Below, piece after piece: positions 25,901 to 29,527 of a stretch of 29,527 nt of DNA (positions are counted from its first letter, which is position 1; each line of letters opens with the position of its first letter). This DNA is from a virus. Lineage: Duplodnaviria; Caudoviricetes. The translations under genes were made by a program, and so were the position numbers. The notes beneath the pieces are model-generated. The model was given only the letters and a program-made list of their open reading frames with translations, had not been told where the DNA came from and made no database searches. The DNA lies in the IMG/VR virus record IMGVR_UViG_3300030106_002075, positions 1 to 29,527 of that record; one strand, given 5' to 3'.

Positions 25901-27655
25901 TTTATCAGTCAACTGGCGAGGAACGTAATTATCTACGCTTGAAAGAAACTCCGAACCACCCATTTCATTCGCCATAACACGAAGATCTTCAATACCTTCC
26001 TGCACAGTATTCAACAACGAATTATCAAGAACAGCTAATTCCCTAGCTGCCGCCTCATCCCCACCAACAGCGTGATACACCATCGCTGGATCGGCACCTG
26101 CATCCTCAATAGCCTCAGTAATAAGACGAAGCTTTTGAAGCATCTGCGTTTTAGCGTACTTACCTTTAGAGTTACCACGAGCTACAGAATGAATAACACG
26201 TTTACCTTGCTGAATAAGAACAGCATCATCAGTACTGCGCAACGTCCGCTTCAAATCCTGTAAGCGTCCACCTACTAAAGCATTCCCAACCTTAGAAACA
26301 CCAGCCCTATTAACAGCACCACGAACCCCACGAGGCAAACTCATCGCAAGTTTGCCAATAATCGGAGTTTCCGAAGTCATAAAACGAATACCAACAGGAG
26401 CCTGAACACCCGCACGAGTCACTTTGTTAATAGCATTAGTAATTGGATCAGCAATACGCAAAGCACGACCAATAGGTCCAGTACCAGGAACCTTCAAACC
26501 AATACCCAACTTCATTTTTACTGCTTCATCAGCAGTCAAAAACGCTCTATGAGCAGCACTAGCTTCTTCAGTAGCCTCACGAGTTACACGTTCAATAGTT
26601 TCCCTAATAACATCATCTGTGGCATCTTCACCAAGCTCACGAACGGCTCTGTTGACACTACGTTCAACAGCAGCCGCCACATTGTCAGCCGAAGAACGAC
26701 CAGCTTTATCTATCCCACTCTGAGCAACAAAGTTCGCAGCACGGCGCATCTCATCACCGTCAATAAAACTTGCACCTCTTTGCGCAGCCTTAGAAGAAAT
26801 CTCAAAAAAATCAGTAATCTCATCAGAAATAGATTTACCAATCTTCGTAGTACTAACGACTACTTCTTCTGCTGCATCATCACCAATCTTTGCAAAAACA
26901 TCTAATTCCCAGCCACCAGCTTTACCCTGACGTAACTGCATCTGACCAAAACGACCAGCTTCTCCACGAGCAAGCCTGTCGCCAAGCTCCAAAAAAGCAT
27001 TATCCCCAAGACCACGAGCAACATCATCACCAGCAGAACGAGTGATTGCACCCAAAGTAACTTTCTTTAAGTTCTCAGCTACAGCTTTACGAGAAATACC
27101 ACGAGCGCCACCAGTGGCAAGCTTCGCAGTAAACGCAGCACCTTTCCCAACCATTCCAAGATAAGACAAAGGATCAAGCGCAACATCGCCAAGAAACCCT
27201 AACGAAGCTGCACCAAACTTTTGCCAACCACTATCACGATTCTGAAGAATGTCGTAATCATGCAACAAACGACCAAACGTATAATTGTCGTTATATTGCT
27301 GACGCAAATCGTTAAAACTAAAACCTTGACCTGTTGCCAAATCAATAGATTCTTTAGCAAGCGAAGAACCTAAAGACAAAGGTTTTTGAATAACGTTAAA
27401 GAAACCGCCTACAGGTCCAGAAGCTAAAGCCTTTTGCCACCCAGGAGTAGCAGAATCTATATAACCTTCTTCTACCCAATCATAAGTAGTCGGCCCAACA
27501 GCGGGCCTATACAACGCTTGTTGCGCAGCTTCAGGAGTGTCAACCCCCAAAATCTGAGCTACACGAGAACCAGTCTCGGGAGTAGAAGAAACCTTAGGTT
27601 TACTATCAGTCCCAAGAATCTCGGATATGCGGCTCCGACTGGTCGATACTGCCAT
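19928..27655 (-). CDS. Giant multidomain (polyvalent) virion/ejection protein with embedded kinase domain
   Basis: 2575 aa at end of structural operon; DPLSYLG N-terminal motif, coiled coils, C-terminal FDYDDLS..PFYTWTRKN (LPD38-like), internal HipA/PI3K-like kinase motifs. Confidence 0.8.
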   Translation of the reverse strand: MAVSTSRSRISEILGTDSKPKVSSTPETGSRVAQILGVDTPEAAQQALYRPAVGPTTYDWVEEGYIDSATPGWQKALASGPVGGFFNVIQKPLSLGSSLAKESIDLATGQGFSFNDLRQQYNDNYTFGRLLHDYDILQNRDSGWQKFGAASLGFLGDVALDPLSYLGMVGKGAAFTAKLATGGARGISRKAVAENLKKVTLGAITRSAGDDVARGLGDNAFLELGDRLARGEAGRFGQMQLRQGKAGGWELDVFAKIGDDAAEEVVVSTTKIGKSISDEITDFFEISSKAAQRGASFIDGDEMRRAANFVAQSGIDKAGRSSADNVAAAVERSVNRAVRELGEDATDDVIRETIERVTREATEEASAAHRAFLTADEAVKMKLGIGLKVPGTGPIGRALRIADPITNAINKVTRAGVQAPVGIRFMTSETPIIGKLAMSLPRGVRGAVNRAGVSKVGNALVGGRLQDLKRTLRSTDDAVLIQQGKRVIHSVARGNSKGKYAKTQMLQKLRLITEAIEDAGADPAMVYHAVGGDEAAARELAVLDNSLLNTVQEGIEDLRVMANEMGGSEFLSSVDNYVPRQLTDKARKAIQKSLAASGRYSQRTHRGRGKYQPTGPELRRSYLDQKAFREAAEAKAAADGISVKKAGDLLKQSGEATDEFFGETLLTPKSVDPLTGEVAGSVEKQIADIIERNGGDYALFVDDINIALRGWVDQVAPRVGETYTQTLLTESGILQHRFVEYVRLPSAEAKAASVKLLKAEEDFAARQAGVIRAAYEVQSAVGAQLDVAKMTLRRQEELAEEAQRALDIARREEDELFASKSVEEQRVLSLDQQERELQSVLDQVEGRLPETEGDELVRLEAQRQDLLKQLNLIRGDQGRFRWAYDTIASATGQKLWLEKAIREIFGSGENFTAFSREFSNTDVSDPSFDITQTFVAPDGTEIVVQDAVGFADGILERVDAEGYGLWMGVERDIDLVNLKVAANNPFNKIDYMRNRINDELQSALDVANGYKEVTGDEVLLPTPQNTLEAQQELIAVVDDAIEAGQPTTGGSLGVVFEGMEDELAVYYAVNEFPTIGPAAASEADWKAITTQIEEKIGGRIQDLAAEIELRGSQLNLSYTDRVGREQTLTVADYVFLKQRLNAIETAKATHQFNLRHVRPGIDEMRLVEGPSGTNPGGVYEDQAGNRYYAKQYNEVEEDFYGEPTAMYDEDGDVIASPRRAAGEVLANAFYRELGLGAPNSYMSIGNDGSTWHVAPMIQDFATVQSTFMDPAELLVWTDPVTGLQRLGNQGAVPQGVVARPFQEIAEEGYMADVVLANWDAAGMQYDNVGIAPYHLEETSVVRIDNGGVFGYRARGLPKEETGWSYRSLSELEDLANPSMNPFAAGMIGDYGGMDTASQQIEKILALRARYNGFEDFVRRHAGELDNDDIAYFADFLEVRTQALAEQFNKPFHEAGSEELMKAGLASRGYSPTAVENAFSGVTSAEIASGVTPDGVATLNHGSSGGGVQNVWGGYGDLQSGWGDYWALNATPGNIKYGLAGGDTYNLELDVPMGGQSVKIYGLDSKQQDLAAQLAVQMAVETDPEKVTSIAMRLNSLVELGRGAEAIRPGLTSENAFVVDQVARVMNSDREFLVQYIDQLEEASKTISYVEASDTGFTRTDAGIFQTNVFEPLRLALALSNFNPPNVSPAYEQIVGQLNRLQGEDLVEFAVVMSRKHGGVGQLEDVDGFLNKALEYFSEINPDLNPDVIDRGKLVAGVSFEKKKNFNYVANFATGFDSLVHKGSLFPRVDVPTGSKIVPTAMETVEDVVIGDPLEATLGRMYVDFISKYTTSLSVDGYTSVAWMNHEAFNDVIGAYDGAKQGTKFWPNFLVTDPLAINYKGGRFIDSGDVGPLDIDYEQTSDFVGATKFLEDQAKNINENFPSLYPIVDDLPEGDALEEIVMQRSQIVSDLELAKGDFEQADAAFKAARERTVAAAETADQRLAEAETTRVITGYLDANAVQVDEAVDTLNRLGVGEGVSLYDIADDDLIAMKLATNILIEADGQRIRMALEEMEDGADGWFDLLSSTAEQRTEIHRIGNREEVLEAAFSTGMKPIGAIAQGPPNIVESMTAAERFVARGGAKGFFRKYDKLHNLLRAYMIAKPGFHGRNFMSGVFMNHLAGMNWSSYRRFMRAYWKFQEEEAMRLGMPDRASKMRKAMRARGINPNNVSAEHVDYVRELAETGALGAAGAQVASEFVDTATAAGSRKGVKIAGKKVNLLKAMNPASSENLPLRLSRNFGMATETFLRGSLGFDALYKGGSADEAFDNVMKFHFDYDDLSDLERNVIKKVVPFYTWTRKNMPLMFEMAARRPVVFNRYMSFKKEMEYGQERAKVIPEWMQRQGAIQTPFKYDGENMFILPDMPFKAPMELLEPSLRFTTEDSVMDRIQIALGSFGTQVTPLIKAPYEWKAKQNLWKGYNFDGKYEVVPRAYAKVPFLMELLSLPGIAGKNNQGQWAMKDYELHAMAQLMPTLSDLRRLFPDEERYQKRAVSTWISFMFGAGLRTNTKWEQQMELQSRMYEMRDEIKQERSLAGARL

Positions 27656-27664
27656 GAAGCCTCT

Positions 27665-29527
27665 TTATCTACGTCTACCTATACTCGACATTTCCAGTTG
27701 TTGAGCATTACGAGCTAATCGTGCTGATTCTTCTACCGCTGATACATCAGTAGCTAATTCGCTATACAACTGATCAATAATAGAAGTCTCATCAACAGTC
27801 AAACCTTTAGCGCCAAACGCATCAGTAGTCCGAAGTCCCTTCAGGTACTCATCTCGTTTCTTAGCAGCATCATCTTCTTCAACGTTCAAGGTATCAATAC
27901 CCAACATTGCATTCACATGCACAAAGAATTCAGGACTAAGTTTCGGATACTTTTGCTGAAGATTTTGCATAGTCCCCATTGGGAATGCTTCTTGACCAAC
28001 ACCAGCAAGTCTTTGCGTTTCTATCCAATCCTCACGCAATGCTTGACGTTCTGAACCAGTCATTTGTCGCCAAAGAGCAACATCAACTTTGTAAAGATCA
28101 GCCGCAGTTTGTTCATCAGCAGCTTCAGCTTGGGCTGCTGCTTGCGAAGCAGCCAACTTAATAGCTTGTGCGTCTTGTTCCGCAGCCCTAGCAATGTCAG
28201 CTTGAGCAGCTTTAAATGCTTGGCTAGCTTGACGTTCAGAACTTTGGAACGCACGGCTAAGAGCAGACTGATTAGCAGAAAACGCACGACTAAGAGCAGA
28301 CTGTTCGGCAGAAAAATCACGGCCAAGTTGCGCTTGTTCTCCTTGGAAATCACGACCCAACTGGGCTTGCCCAGCCTGAAACGCTTGCGTATCTTGCCGC
28401 ACAAGATCACCAACAAGAGCTTCAATCATTCGCTGATCTCGACCAATGTTAAAGTTTTCTTGACGCATCGCTTCACCAAGAACACGTTCAGCTTCTTCAG
28501 CATCCAAACCAGCTAACGCTTCACTTAGATTCTGTTGCAACGCTTGACTGTATGCGAACTGATCATCCCCTAAAGCTAGTTCTGCTTCAGAAGCCAATTC
28601 AGCAGGAGCGGCCAACCGCTCCGCAGCAGCCATATTTGCAACCTGAGCCAAGCGAGCCATCGCATCCTGCGATGACGTAGCTTGCGACGCAGCCTGAGAA
28701 CCCACAATCTGAGCAATCTTCTCAAACTCGTCAGTGACTTGATCGCCAAGCCCCGCACGAGCAGCAGCCAAACTAGCGTCAGTGTTAGCTTGTAATTCTT
28801 GCGCCCGAAGAGCAACAGCATCTACAAGACCTTGCTGCACACCAGCACGGTCAGCGTCTAACACACCAAGCTCTGTTTCCAAAGCAGTTTTAATGTCACC
28901 AATCTGACGTGTGCGACGCAACACATTCGCTGCAAGCTGATCAACTGATTGTTGATTCAAACCACGTAGGTTTGCTTCTCGTTCAGCCATCATGTTACGA
29001 ATCATGTTGCTGAAATCACGAGTAGAAAGTTCGCCATATAAAGAACGAATAGTGTCGCTTACAGGCACAGGAGCAGGCGCTGTAGGAACATCAGGAACTA
29101 TAGGAACTATAGGAACCGTCGGAACCGTCGGAACCGTCGGAACCGTCGGAACCGTCGGAACAACTGAAGTTGGAGTCCCAGTTCCAGCATTAGGATCAAC
29201 GCCAAGAATGCTTAAAGCATCAGCTAACTCAAAACCACCACGACTACCTGTTGTCCGAGGTCGTTGCCGTGCCGCAGTTTCACCCTCTAAAGCACCTAAC
29301 CCACCTTGGGGTTGAGTAGCTCTAGCAATAGCAGCATTAATACCAGCAGATTCTAACCCGCCCATAGTCGGTGCAGACGCAGCTATCGCTGCACGTTCAG
29401 CAGGAGTTTGTCGCACAAATCCAGTTGGAGTCACTGTCTTTACTGGAGCACCTAAGAGCGAACGTTGCCCTATGTTTCCACCTTGGGCAGCGCCACGTTG
29501 CCCAGGATCTAGCATATTGGCAATAGC
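27665..29527 (-). CDS. Probable internal virion/ejection protein, Ala/Gln-rich coiled coil (may begin beyond window)
   Basis: Frame is open from the window edge through ATG 29515; PTV repeats and 11-aa repeats; directly upstream of the giant protein. Confidence 0.7.
   Translation of the reverse strand, partial: AIANMLDPGQRGAAQGGNIGQRSLLGAPVKTVTPTGFVRQTPAERAAIAASAPTMGGLESAGINAAIARATQPQGGLGALEGETAARQRPRTTGSRGGFELADALSILGVDPNAGTGTPTSVVPTVPTVPTVPTVPTVPIVPIVPDVPTAPAPVPVSDTIRSLYGELSTRDFSNMIRNMMAEREANLRGLNQQSVDQLAANVLRRTRQIGDIKTALETELGVLDADRAGVQQGLVDAVALRAQELQANTDASLAAARAGLGDQVTDEFEKIAQIVGSQAASQATSSQDAMARLAQVANMAAAERLAAPAELASEAELALGDDQFAYSQALQQNLSEALAGLDAEEAERVLGEAMRQENFNIGRDQRMIEALVGDLVRQDTQAFQAGQAQLGRDFQGEQAQLGRDFSAEQSALSRAFSANQSALSRAFQSSERQASQAFKAAQADIARAAEQDAQAIKLAASQAAAQAEAADEQTAADLYKVDVALWRQMTGSERQALREDWIETQRLAGVGQEAFPMGTMQNLQQKYPKLSPEFFVHVNAMLGIDTLNVEEDDAAKKRDEYLKGLRTTDAFGAKGLTVDETSIIDQLYSELATDVSAVEESARLARNAQQLEMSSIGRRR
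29085..29161. repeat. 9-bp coding tandem repeat
   Basis: GGAACCGTC x5 (29112-29156) plus GGAACTATA x2 and GGAACATCA; encodes (V-P-T/I/D)n. Confidence 0.95.

Noticed and set aside
19928-27655. Giant protein as an N4- or crAss-like virion RNA polymerase reading the hairpin repeats
   Set aside because: No DxDGD/DFDID or single-subunit polymerase motifs were found by eye; a profile search would be needed to exclude it fully.
20331-29315. Plus-strand ORFs within the two large virion genes, and similar shadow ORFs in 27-5900 and 10100-18400
   Set aside because: Antisense or alternate-frame shadows of well-supported genes, without SD or motifs.

Overview
A 29.5-kb segment of a tailed dsDNA phage (Caudoviricetes, probably podovirus-like). 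The holin, Rpf/SLT-like transglycosylase, PGRP-type amidase and GCRC zinc-finger suggest an actinobacterial host (inference). Layout: (i) 1-7030, minus strand: terminase small subunit, three tiny very basic proteins, a terminase large subunit split into ATPase and nuclease ORFs, portal, scaffold and major capsid (runs off the left edge); (ii) 7031-7632: non-coding divergence region full of palindromes (origin/terminus candidate); (iii) 7633-13825, plus strand: small early genes, most preceded by a covarying ~50-nt long-hairpin repeat and a hairpin-embedded Shine-Dalgarno, a ~490-nt ORF-free, highly structured ncRNA candidate, DUF932, a transglycosylase and two tandem HNH nucleases; (iv) 13959-18652, plus strand: exonuclease, helicase, AEP primase, RusA, sigma region-4 protein; (v) 18629-29527, minus strand: two probable ejected virion proteins (one of 2575 aa with an embedded HipA/PI3K-like kinase and a possible ART domain), endolysin and holin. 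No integrase, DNA polymerase, tRNA or CRISPR array was seen. All calls come from motif reading by eye; no searches were run.
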